Source: Haliotis rufescens (lineage: Eukaryota). From it: DNA of 64,000 bases. Shown here piece by piece: positions 51,626-64,000 of the stretch; positions within the stretch are counted from its first letter, which is position 1; the number at the start of each line of letters is the position of its first letter. Where the stretch lies: the NCBI RefSeq assembly GCF_023055435.1, contig NW_025964372.1:27528001-27592000 (forward strand), written 5' to 3'. The notes below the pieces were generated by a model, which made no database searches, was not told where the DNA came from, and was given only the letters and a program-made list of their open reading frames with translations. The position numbers were made by a program, and so were the translations under genes.

Positions 51626-52575
51626 TGGTTTTGTTTTCTTGGTGGTCTGTTTGGACAATTTCGTTTAAAGTGGCCCGATTGATTGCATAGCCAATATACC
51701 CTGATCTCTTGCTCTCTCTCATTAACCGCATAAACACGTTTTGATCTGCAATCCTAAGCCCGGTGACCTGGCTTCCCGCATGAGAAACAATTACGACGCT
51801 GTCTAGCATGATCAACGTCCATAGGCACTTCTCGCCTCCCGCTATTCGAATCGTGCCCTCTACTATTAAAATCATGCCCTCGGCTACTCGGTTTTCCCAA
51901 CCTGAGTTCGAATCTAGCCCTAATGTTTTGTTCACGCGTGGCCGAGGCCACTGCTTCTTTGAGGGATGTGGGGTTTTCCCTCATAAGTTTTTTTCTGCAT
52001 GTACTCATGACTCAAGCCATCTATGAAAAAACCTATCAATTGTCTTTGGATGGCGGGATTATCTTCACCGTCCTGCCCTAATCCTTCATAAGCCTCTTCG
52101 GCCAAGTTTAGTAGTCTTTCAGCATAAATCTGAACACCCTCACTATGTTTTTGTTTGACCGCCCTTAAAAACATAAATGCGTGTTGTGGGTCGCTTATTT
52201 CAGCAAACCTGCTCGTTAGCTCTGCCCTTAACTCCTTCCATGTTTTGGCAGGATTATCATCCATATAGCATTGCACGAAGTCGCTTACAGCGCCATCACA
52301 ACTCTGAAAAGCAATTAGCTTTTTACTGGCGTCTTGATTTGCGCCAGTTAGCAATGCATACTTTTCTACAGATTTGATCCATTTTTTTAAATCTTTCGGG
52401 TTCCCCACAAATGTTTTATAGCTTGATTCACGCCCTGTGCGCTTAGCGTTGTATTTACAGCAGCTAGCCTCCCGTTTATTTCATTTCCCTGTGCCCCTAA
52501 TGTTGAAGTTACTGTTGATAACTGCCCCGTTATTTCTCCCGCTAACCCTTGTAAGAATTGTGCATATTCTGCCAT
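51616..52575 (-). pseudogene. gag: gag, disrupted, copy 3
   Basis: As copy 1. Confidence 0.9.
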
Positions 52576-54553
52576 TTTGCTCACTTAAGTACTTGCAAAA
52601 ACCCAAAGAATCACCTTTTTGCGAGTCCCGGGACCAATTCCCTCGATCCTAGTCGTTTCCTTTGGATCCCTCTCCTTCTCTCCTTAAGGTGATCCTGGTC
52701 TCGGCACCAGTTTACGTAACCCCGCCCCTTCTTGTAACACAACACAAGAAGGCGGTTTGAGGATTACGTAGTTTTAATCACAATGGCATATGTACAAGTC
52801 AAAGGAAGTGTGGCGTCCTTCCTTCCTCCCTCTAGATACTCGCCTGTACTTTAGGGTGCTGAGACCAAGTCTGCCGGTATTTGGAAGTCGCCCGGTATAT
52901 ATAGTAATGATGGAATGCGAAGCATTTTGTTTTGCACAGGTACTAAAATTTGGTGTGGTCAACTTGAGATTAAATTGTCCATCAAGTGGTGTCCATGACG
53001 AGGCACTTAAAAATGTTCCCCTTAAGGTGACATGAAACCACCACTCACTGGTCCACTTGATATGTACTTGACATATCCATGGGGTCTTCACGGGGTCAGT
53101 CGTATTTGGCAAACACTGATAGTGTTACATCAGTCGTATCTGGCAAACACTGATAGTGTTATGATATGTACTTGACATATCCACGGTGTCAGTCGTATCT
53201 GGCAAACACTGATAGTGTTACACACAACAATAATTACGTTGAAATATCAAACAACCTGCATCTGTTTCCACTAAATCGAGCGACTACATTACTTAATGTG
53301 TGCAACATCTTACAAGGCAATAAGTGAACAGAGCTCACAATAATACTCCCACATTGAACATATTTCTAAGTTCGTGAACCGTAAAAACGAAGAGGATTGA
53401 TATAATCCTATGACGATTTTGCATTTAGATTGGTTGTGTAGAACAGCGTGGTCCCACAGTCATTGAATTGATTAAAAAGATAAAGGATATTTGGATAATG
53501 TTGCCAAATAAGATGTTGATCTCATCGGCGCCATAATGGGTGAGGTTATTTCATCAAACGTCTGAATTTCCTGGTCAAAAGGCGTCGAAACTGTTTTTTT
53601 ATAAATTAAACTGTGTTTCATACTTATGTTGAAGTACACAATGGCTGAATATACAGTGCCAGGTAAATAAATATGTACAAAGGACATAAATATAAAACAC
53701 CCCTCTATGATTAATTAGCAGGGGTACAGATAAGTTGATGTTTTGAGACATTTTTGTAATGTTATTTAAATTTTTCTGAATATATAATTTATTTTTAATT
53801 TGAAAGAATATAGGTAATAAAAGCGAAAAAACACTTTACATTTTAGTAAGACATGTCCATTGTAAGATTACGACTCTATCGTGAGGATGTGAAGAATCTC
53901 CAAAAAATATCCTAATACCATTTTTCTGTAGAAAAAATAGTGCTCTATTCTTCTTCACAAATACGGCTTATAAAACGATTAAACAAACATTCAAGAAATA
54001 TTCATTCGGTTATGATAAATACCCTGAGTATCCTTCCTCAAAGCAAAGTTAGCGCATATATAGTTACGTCCTTTGATCCATGTAATCTTTTAAATTTGAG
54101 TGCATATTGTCTGCAATGGGGAAAGTAAAATCAGATATTCTCATGACACCAAACCACCCTAGTGCCTGTCTCTTCTAAGGGAGATTTATTTGCTTGTTGC
54201 TTATCGCTGCTCTCAACACTGTTCCTTTTGTAATGGAGGATTGGTATACAGCCATATAGTACTTTGTATCTGAAGTCCGTTCAGCATCATTCGAACAATG
54301 TGAACTTTATTATCAAATTGTATCACATATGTCATGTGACTGACACCAATCAGAATGAACACCTGTTTAATTAAACTTAATTAAACGTAGTTAATAGCTT
54401 AATTTCTGCACCGTAAATCATATCAAACTGTCAGGTAAATAGAAATTACACATGGCCCACTGTGGTTAATTCTGCCTCGTCGAGATGATTAAAATCTTTG
54501 GTATAAATATAGAGACACCAACCCTATCTGACAAATCATCCCGATTGTCTACA

Positions 54554-57500
54554 ATGCTGCTCATCTCTCTGTTCGTGGTTGTGTTGGGGGTTGCTGAGAC
54601 ACATGGTAAGTATTTCAACCGAATTTTCTACCATAATTTTCCAACTCTTATTAGGAATAGTTCGGTGTTGACATGAAACTGCAGGTTAAGTCATAATTGT
54701 GTATCCCAGTTATACATATATTATATACAGGTAGAGACGGATCATGCTAAAAGTTGCTTTGCTCGGACAAATACACGATGTTTATGTTCATGATCATGTA
54801 TGAAAGGTTACTTTAGAACTATATACTCGCCAACAGGCATATAACCATGCATATACATACGTATGTATCAGTTTTACTGTGTAGCTAGAATGTGTGTAAA
54901 CTGTCGGGCACAAGACTTGTTTGATGGTTTGATGGTGACTAAACATGCTGTAATTGATATGGGTATCATAGTTGTGTTTCGGATCTCAAGTAATGTTTCG
55001 GATCTACATATATAATTTTAAGGTATGACTAAGATACCACAAGCATGGTATAAGAACACTGTATACGTTTCCCCAGAATCCAGGGTCGCAGATAATGCAG
55101 GGTTTTGCAACATTGGCGCTAATGGAGTTTTAACCATTGAGGCCACCCTTGCTCTGTGTTTGAAGGTATAGAGGAAAATATAGGTTTTTAGCTTTGGGAT
55201 TTAATTTACCTACAGCTGTGATTGTTTGTCCCCAGGTGCTATGATCCCTGTCCTTGGGTCACAGGTCACTTCCTCCTCAGTCTTCACCTTCGGCTCCACG
55301 AACTTTGTTCCACAGTTTGCCGTTGACGGCGGATTTGGCACCGACTTCATCGCTGACAACACTACGTTTGCAACGGCTGTTGGAGACACAATGCCCTACA
55401 TGGACATTGATCTGGGCAGCAACTTCCTTCTCGTCTCCGTCACCATCACCAACAGGGGTGACTGCTGTGGTAAGTAGAGTGAGATGGTTAGGTGTATTTA
55501 TTTCTTTTAAAGACAGATAAATAGAATTACATACTGTCAAATGATCTGATTGTCCACAGATTCGTCCTCACATCATGAAACCCATATCGCCACTTTTTGG
55601 GCATTTCATCGATGTTTTGAGCTTGAAAGTAGTTCTTGCTCGATGACCTTATTTGAATATTTATTGGGTCAAATACTGAACAACAAAAGTTTTTTATCTA
55701 ATCTGAAACAATTTCAGTTTGCAACAGACTCCTGTAAGTGTTCAAATGGTTTAATTTGCCATACTGACTTCAGAAAATGCGTGATTTCATAAAAATAACA
55801 TGAACATGCCAAAATGTCAGTTTACAAATCAATAGCATGTGTGTCCACCTCTGGTTGCAAAGCAAGCAACACATCTTCGTCACATGGAATGGACCAGGCG
55901 TCGCACATAGTCCTGTGGGATATCTGTCCATAACTGCTGGAGCATGTTTCGAAGTTCCTGGAGTGTCTGTGGAACACGTGGTTGACGTCGAAGGCGCCGA
56001 TCCATCTCATCCCACATGTGCTCGATTGGTGAGAGATCAGGGGAGCGAGCCGGCCAGGGGATGACATTCACGTTGTTTTAAATCCTGAACAAGCCGAGCA
56101 ATATGAGGCCGGGCGTTGTCATGTTGAAAGGTAATGCCTGGACCATGATGACGCAAAAACGGTAGAACAAAAGGGCCGATGATCTCGTCGAGGTAGCGTT
56201 TTCCATTGAGATTTCCCTCTACCACTATCAAACGGGTCCTCTGTCTTGCTGTCATCCCACCCCATACCACAACGCTGCCGTTCCCGAACCGATCTTCTTC
56301 CATGCCACAATGATTAACGTAACGTTCACCTCGACGTCCGTCAATCGCTTAGGCTGAGGTGAAAACGAGAATCTTCAATGAATAGAACTTGTCCCCACTG
56401 CATGGCCGTCCAGCGTAGACGCTGTCTGCACCACTGTAGACATGCTTTACAGTGGATTTCTGTCAAAATTGGACGCCTGGCGGGTCTTCTGGCGACAATC
56501 CCTGCACATCCAGTTGTCTTGTCGATTATTAGTTACGCGTGACTGCCACTCCGAGGACGGTCTCTGACTGCATTCGTCTGTAGGCAACGTTACCATAAAC
56601 ACCAAATGTTGTTTCTGTGGACGTTAAATTGTCTTGCAACATCACTTTGACTCGATCCTGCTTCAAGCATACCAATGGCTCGCAGACGCTCATTTTCGGG
56701 CAGGCGTGGCATTTCGTAATGTTGAATAATTGCGTAATTTTGTTGTTTTTCTGAGTGGTTGTTTTCAGCACGATGCTAAACAATGCATATGGAATCCCGT
56801 TAACGCACGTGTTTTTATACCTATTCTTCGGAAGTGAAATGCATGGGACTTGCATAAAAGTCATCTTTTGCTTGGAATGCATGCTTTTCTGGAGCAGTTG
56901 CGTTTTTGTGACTTGATTCCATACATGTACTACAATAGTGAAACCAAACTTTACTTGTTTGAAATATACACTAAAATATTGGTGTCACAGGAACTTTTGT
57001 TTTTGAGTATAGTAACAAGTTGATTGGATTGCTTTTTCACATCAATAACACTATGATATTTATCACATATTACCTAAATAAATAGAACGGTGTCACGTTT
57101 AACTTTCTCTATCGTTCTCAATGCTGTTCTTTGCTACCACCAAAGCAGTCTATTCAGATTAAGGCGTGTTGGTTGACTTATTCTGCCCTTGGTAAACAGT
57201 AAGGTAGACTCGAGATGATTATCGTGGTCCCTCATAGCTGTAGATTTCTTTTACATCAGAAACATGTACAGAACTGAGATCATACAAAGCATATATATCT
57301 TCAAGAACATTCTATGGAGAGCGTAGACCTAGAATTACAACACATTCCTGCTGAACTTGATATCAGTCATCAACGCTCCAGTTCCCAAGTCACAGTATGT
57401 CCACAGGACCCTGTGTTAAACTGTGTAACCTGGCAGATTGTATGGTATGGTGTCATGCCCCGACGGCGTGGATATTTGGACCAAGTGTTCCTGACTTATA

Positions 57501-60500
57501 CTATTTGAGGCTACCACGATATTGCTGCATAAGATATCATCATCATCACCCACTCTTTCCATCTTCGCAGCCGAGCGTTTTAGCATGTCTGAAGAAACTT
57601 ATATTAGAAACAAAGGTCATTATCGACTACCCAAATTTGCATAAAAGGCTGAAAGACAATAATCGACTGAAGGGGTTGTGTTGTACATGTGTATATCTCT
57701 CCACCTTGGCAGCTGATCGTCTTCGAAACATCCGAATCGAGGTGTACAATAACGATCCAACACTCGGAGGAACGCCTCAAGTCTGCACCACAATCGGCAG
57801 CACCGCCCCTGCCGCCAGTTCCAACACCACGTTCACCTGTTCGGCCATGGCATTCGGAAGGTACATCCGTTTTAACAAGTTCAGCATGGTCGACGCAAAT
57901 GACATCCTTCAGTTTGTAGAGGTGGTCCTTGATGGCGTTCCGCTAAGTAAGTATATAACTGTATATATATGATGGTAAGATGAGGCTAACAAAAATAGTA
58001 TCACAAAAATAGTGCCACATTTACCTACTTTATCGGTGATATTTTCCATTCTGTTTAACTGTGAATGCTTCTAATGAATGAAAAATTAGTTCTCGTAAAA
58101 AGAATGCCGATGCAATGTTAAAAAATGGCCACTCAATAGAAACATTGAAAGTATTCGTGTGTTCTAGTGGAAGCAAGCGCCATGCGATTATAAATACACT
58201 TGACGACACGGATGGCTCAGTGACTTCCAGTTTTCAGATCGATGTTCATGATGTCAATCACTGGATTGTCTGGTCCAGACCCAATCATTTATAGACCGAG
58301 GTCATATAACTTGAATATTTCTGAGTGTTACATTAAACAACAAACAAATGGCCTTGGATTCGAGCGAACGTTCAGAGGATCAGCAAGGGGTCGCAACTAT
58401 CGACGGCGAACTCGGAGTTTTTGACCATTGGGCCACCCAAGCGCTGTGTTTGGAGGAAAAGAGGAAACTATAGGTTTATATGTTTTGAAATGAGATTTAC
58501 CTACAGCTGTGATTGTTTGTCCCCCAGGTGCTGTGATCCCCGTCGGCGGGTCACAGGTCTCTTCCTCCTCAGTCTTCACCTTCGGCTCCACGGACTTCGT
58601 TCCACAGCTTGCCGTTGACGGCGGATTTGGCCCCGACTTCGTCGTTGACAACACTACATTTGGAACAGCTGTCGAAGACACTATGCCTTATATGGACATC
58701 GATTTGGGCAGCAACTTCCTTCTCCGCTCAGTCACCATCACCAACAGGGCTGACTGCTGTTGTAAGTAGAGTGAGATGGGGAGGTTGGTTTAACGCCGAT
58801 TTGAACAGTATCTTAAAAAGTATGTTAAAGACGGCGTTTCAGTTCAATGCAGGAGGAAAGCCAATAGAGATCAAGCCTGGTTTTGCCACTTGAATGGATC
58901 CAAAAATAACAAACAAGGCGAATCTGTCATACCAAGTCACGATCAGCAGATCGAGGTACGCCGAAGGGATGCAATTCTTGGCGGATTGCAGGAAGCAGAA
59001 GTCCCCATGGTCCCTAGTATGGTTGCCTAACTTTAGTTGCTGGTGATCTCTAGCCCATTTTTATTATGTATTGTTTAGAATAGTCACATTTTTATGGTAA
59101 CATACTAATTTTAAATCTATATCTGTGATATTCTAGTGCTTTTACTGTCCTTTATCGACAGATTTCAATGTCTATATCAATGTATTATTACTGTATAATT
59201 TGATTTAGTCACTATATGGCTGAAATATTGCCAACGTGACTATAAATGTTAACTCACTCACTTGACGAATTGTGGCATTCATTTGAAGTAACCCTATGAT
59301 GTAGCGTTGGCCCTGTTAGATATTCATCAATGTAAAGCAAATATTCACCAATAGGCTTCAACGATTCTCAGTCGAAGAACCAGAAGCATATATTTTGGAA
59401 GAGCTTGAAATCAGACATAAATAAATGCAAACATACACAATTGATTCCTTTTGGCCAGGGTTGATACCCATGTAGTGTGTAAAATATCACGGTGGGAGAT
59501 GTAAACTGCGCATGAATACAATGCTTGAGTGAACCGCCCTATTAATCATACATTAACAGACATAATGACACTCCTATCGTAACTAAATGGCCATTATATC
59601 GGTGTAAAGCACTTGATAGTAGTTCCTGCTAGATAACCTCATTTGAATATTTATTGCATCATGACAAGTTTGTCCGATTTCGCAAGTCACAATATGACTC
59701 CAGGACCCCGTGTTATACGGAATTGACTGGTAGATTGTTGCCCTGGCCCAGACTAATTGAGACTACCTCGTTGTTTTTGTTCAGTAAGACATTATCACTA
59801 AATCATCCGAAAATTCACAGCCGAGCGTCTTCGAAACATCATCATCGAGGTATATGACAACAACGCAACTCTTGGAGGAACGCCTCAAGTGTGCACCACA
59901 ATCGGCAGCACCGCCCCCGCCGCCGGGTCGACCACGACCTTCAACTGCACAGGGACGCCAATCGGAAGGTACATCCGTCTTAAAAAGAGCTCCAAGGTCG
60001 ACGCTACTGATATCCTTCAGTTAGTAGAGGTGGTCCTAGAAGGCGTCCAGCTACGTAAGTATATGACTGTATTTATCTGATGGTAAGACAAATGAGGATA
60101 AAATAGCATCACATGGTAGTTTCATTTATCTACTTGTAATCCCTGGTTTTCCAGGTGTGTGATCCGACTTGGTTGCACCAAAGTGTACGCACCTACTTAG
60201 TGCAGTCATTGTTATAAAGAAGTTGTATATCCATTGAGTGAAATACTTGTTAGGACGGCGTTAAACCCATCTCACTCACTCCTCCACAGAATGTCCTTGC
60301 AACCACTACCAGCTGGACGAGAACTGTTTCTACTTCTCTGGATTCCAAGCAAGCTATGCCGACGCGAAGGTAAACAACGACACCGCTTTCCTCCCATATT
60401 AAGCTGACACGCCGAGATATAACTGGAATACTGTTAAAAGCGGCCTTAAACCAAACTCACTCACTCACTCACTTAAGGGTGGTCGGAGGATACGTTTGGC

Positions 60501-61754
60501 CCAATGGGTAAGGGACCTTTATTCAAAGAAAGTTGCGTCCCATGGCCAAGCCAGCATTATGTAGTTTGGACTGAAATCTCAGATACCGAACCTTTCTCGT
60601 GGGTTGAACAAAATATGTCAACGACTAAACCCTGCGTCTGTCCTGGCTTGCCTCTCACGACCTGAACCAAACTCACACAATCAGTCACTCAATCACTCAC
60701 TCACACACTCAGTCATTCACTCACTCACTCTCTCTCAATAACTGAGATAATGTTAAACTATGCGTTAAACCAGATTCACTCAATAACCTTTAGTGTAGTC
60801 AGTACTCTAGGATGATACTTTGCGTGTTTGAAGTCTGAATGAATACTGAAGTACAGAGATTCTTGTTACAGGAATACTGTGACATCATCGGAAGCAATCT
60901 GGCCATGATCCGAACCCAGGCTCAGAGCGACTTTGTCAACGGTGTTCTCGCTGCAAATGCTAAAAAAGGTAATTCATAGCTCGCTTATACTGTTTCGTGG
61001 CCATTCTATATCCAATTAACAGAACAACAAAGGTTTCCACTTGGACCTGTGGCAGTGTTAGATAACAGTATGAGTTCCACCCAAGAAAGCGTTTTTATCA
61101 ACGGGGTCTATGATAAAAGGTTATGTTTCAGATCAAATCAATTTCAATTTCGATTTCAGCGGTTCACACACGGTACAGGTAAGGCTCGTCTTTACCTGGA
61201 CGAGACATAGGCCCAGACATCAGCTCCCTCTTTAGGCTAAGCTATGCATCATCTAACTGCATCTTTTTCTCTTGTCCTCATTTGCAGGACTTCACGAAAT
61301 AAACATTAGCGACGATTAATTGGATCTGGAGGTCAGTCTCGGAGAACTTGTTGCTTGTCAATGTACCCTGACGTCGCGAGATGTTACTGATAACATCAAC
61401 CACTCGTTGGTCTGGCTACGAGTGGATTATTTACCGCCCACCATGTAATGGCTTAAGAGTTACACACTTCATATTTTCTGTCACTCAGGTCAAGAATACT
61501 GGATTGGGGTGACCAATCTTTTGGACCGGTTCCAGTGGCGATATCTGCTTGGTGACATTGTTCCCCTGAATGGCTTCACCTCCCCACTCGTGAACGGCAC
61601 GGGCACTTGCAGCACCTCTACCTCTCAGAAGCACCCACAAAACTGTGCCGTCCTGGAGAAGAACGACGCCGGCCAATGGGAGTGGGAGGAAGAACGGTGT
61701 TACAGGAAGGAGAACTTCATCTGTCTGGCAACCCTGCCCATACCTGCGCCCTAG
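54554..61754 (+). CDS. Secreted 2x F-type lectin + C-type lectin protein, 476 aa, copy 3
   Basis: Exons 54554-54605, 55236-55469, 57713-57946, 58528-58761, 59821-60054, 60290-60369, 60872-60968, 61489-61754; last exon reads SQKHPQNC instead of SEKHPHNC. Confidence 0.9.
55674..57009 (-). mobile_element. Tc1/mariner relic, copy 3 (transposase 55829-56712)
   Basis: As copy 1. Confidence 0.88.
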
Positions 61755-62640
61755 GTTCTTTAATGATATATGTATTGGTAATTTTTACAGTCGTCATGAT
61801 TAGGGTATCTTGTCTAAAATAGGTTGTAATATATGCATCTGTCTACAAAAGTAGTGTCCAACCTAAGATGATTTGAAAAGTAATCAAATGAATCGTACAA
61901 TGGCACCTCTAAATACAATCGTTGTGTTAAAAACACCTACTATTATACCAATGTACTCGTAAATAAAGAATTACCAATATCATTGTGTTGTGTTATGGTC
62001 GAACACTGGTTGTATTATGATATATTTTAGTGAAATAACAAATTGACATGTGTTACTCAAAAGAAAGTTAAAGAACACCCGATTCTTTCATCATAGTTAA
62101 TCGTGTTTTCCTTTAACTTCTTTTGAGCAGGATATAATACCAATACAACACACATAAGCTTTGTTAGCGTGTGACATAAACTCTCAACAAGACTGAATGA
62201 TGAAAGGGATGAACTTTCATTTTGTGCCGAGCAATATTCCAGCAGCTCCAGGGTGTGGTGTCTACCTTCATTTAAGTTGTTTGATCAAGATTACAACATT
62301 CAAATCTTAAGCAACGCTTTCAAAATGGTTTATGGAAGAAATGTGGAGGATATTTCCATATTTGATGTAGTAGTGACAAAGATATGTCCGGTTTCCTATT
62401 CTGACTTGTGTCATATGTTTCCGTGTTTTTAGGGACCAATTGACTTGCCTTTGCGTGTGTTGTGATTGGTGGAGCAGCAAACGCTCACTTTTTCGCAAAC
62501 ACCTAATGTCGTCACTCATTGATAGTGAATCATCAACATAAACATGCTAATGATACAATCTGAATCGTAAAATCTATTCAGCATTTGGTCGAGACTGGAG
62601 TGTTTCTGTGTCGGGAGCTTGATCCCGATCCCAGGCCGCA

Positions 62641-62641
<1 letters not shown>

Positions 62642-62700
<59 letters not shown>
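62642..62700. repeat. (CA)~29 microsatellite
   Basis: Seen directly. Confidence 0.98.
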
Positions 62701-62704
<4 letters not shown>

Positions 62705-62759
62705 TCATTCACTAACTCTCACACATTGCGTACATACGCAAAGTCAAATTTCTTTTTGT

Positions 62760-63014
62760 GCCTTTGGCGTCTACATTTCACTTTTGAGGTACACTCTAAG
62801 AAGATTTCAAAGAGCGACATACGACTCTCCTTTCTTTACTTGTTTCATTAAGGTTACAACATTGAAACTGGTTTACACATGGAGGACATTCCTTAAACTG
62901 ATATATCAGATGCAAATAAGAAGCAATTCCCTATTTTGACTTGTACCGTATGTTCCCGAGGTTTTAGCTGAAAAATTGACTTGCCTTTGTATGTGTTTGT
63001 GACGGGTGGAGCAG
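62760..63014 (+). mobile_element. Second, diverged Penelope-like 3' fragment
   Basis: Encodes AFGVYISLLRY; aligns by eye with 62258-62478 (aattgacttgcctttg...ggtggagcagc). Confidence 0.55.
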
Positions 63015-64000
63015 CGGTTAAATCTAAAGGTAACCTAGCTCTACATTGAAAACACAGTATGTTTATCTCCATTTTACCATGACTAAATAAAACGCGAAGT
63101 CTTTGGTGGTAGCAATTATATTGTGTAAAGTGTCGTGGGTTAGTTCATTGTCTTGAGTGGGTTGTTGATCTGAATTACGGAATCACAGACAACAGCCTAT
63201 AAACAAAATATGGCGCTGTTTATTCTCAAGCAGTTAATTCACTCCGTAATAAGTCACTCGAACATATGCTAGGCAGTGAAAGGGTATAAGCACAGCAACT
63301 TGATCAACTAACACGAGGTGGGCACGCCTAAAGAAAATTTAACAAGCTTTCCAAAGTTTCCGTTCTACACTGCACGTCACCATCATGACGTCATGTCGCT
63401 CATTGTGACGCAAACGATATGATGTGACAGTTGTATATAGAGAAACGCCAAATTCCAAGTTCTCTGTTGTCCCCAAAACTTAAAATATATTCTCTTTGAA
63501 GATTTCTATCGTGTTTTCTGCACGAAATGTATTGCCAAACATCCTTTGAATATTGTTATGACCTCAACTTTGCAATTTGTAAAATAATTATTTAAATATG
63601 CCTACAGACAATGACTAAAAAAAGGACTATTCTATGAATATTAGCTTCTGCAGTTATGCGGCAGTCAGACCAGCTGTTTCAATCAGAGGGTTTATTGTAA
63701 TTTAATAGCCTCTGATTGACCAGTCAAAATCGAGTAATTTCAATATGCATGTTAGAATTATCATTATGAATATGGAATTTTTTTTGTCATTTTGATTTTA
63801 ATATGCAAGACGGTATAGATAAAAACAGCTAATCTGTCAATACCAACGTGTTAAGAAAGACCTTGCTTACCACGTATTATTAACTTTAGTTTGTTTGTTT
63901 GTTTGTTGTTTAACGCCGCACTCTGTAATTATCCAGTTATGTGACGGCAGTCTGTAAATAATAGTGTCTGGACCAGACAATATAGTGATTGACATCATAA

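Larger units (their letters stand above)
45129..53222 (-). mobile_element. Ty3/Gypsy env-bearing LTR retrotransposon, copy 3 (LTRs 45129-45550 and 52733-53222)
   Basis: Same structure as copy 2. Confidence 0.96.
42720..64000. repeat. Tandem segmental duplication, unit 3 (right end more diverged, runs off the window)
   Basis: Near-identical to unit 2 up to ~61560, then visibly more diverged with indels but still colinear. Confidence 0.95.

Noticed and set aside
62516-62939. His-Thr and Val-Cys repeat proteins
   Set aside because: Translations of a (CA)n microsatellite
1-64000. The 21-kb unit as a single giant transposon or LTR-mediated transduction of the lectin
   Set aside because: The lectin lies outside the LTRs and keeps its introns; the provirus TSD is identical in all units; no unit-terminal repeats are seen, so segmental duplication fits better

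Overview
AT-rich animal genomic DNA; the SINE-like repeats suggest a mollusc, possibly abalone (inference only). The window is three head-to-tail copies of a ~21.35 kb unit (1-21372, 21373-42719, 42720-end). Each unit carries four main parts. (i) A full-length but decayed Ty3/Gypsy LTR element on the minus strand: gag with two CCHC knuckles, a -1 frameshift site, PR-RT-RH-IN and an F-type class I fusion env, with TG..CA LTRs, a CACA target-site duplication (TSD), a PPT and a tRNA-His-like PBS. (ii) An apparently intact 8-exon plus-strand gene for a 476-aa secreted mosaic lectin (signal peptide + 2 F-type lectin domains + C-type lectin domain) with non-canonical sugar-binding motifs, which the ORF track only shows as fragments. 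(iii) A dead Tc1 transposon in intron 2 of that gene. (iv) SINE-like and Penelope-like relics. Diagnostic variants indicate that the middle copy is a recombinant with its crossover inside the lectin gene. Copies 2 and 3 also keep an empty pre-insertion site next to the provirus. Two N runs sit at the same position in units 1 and 2, so copy number needs independent confirmation.
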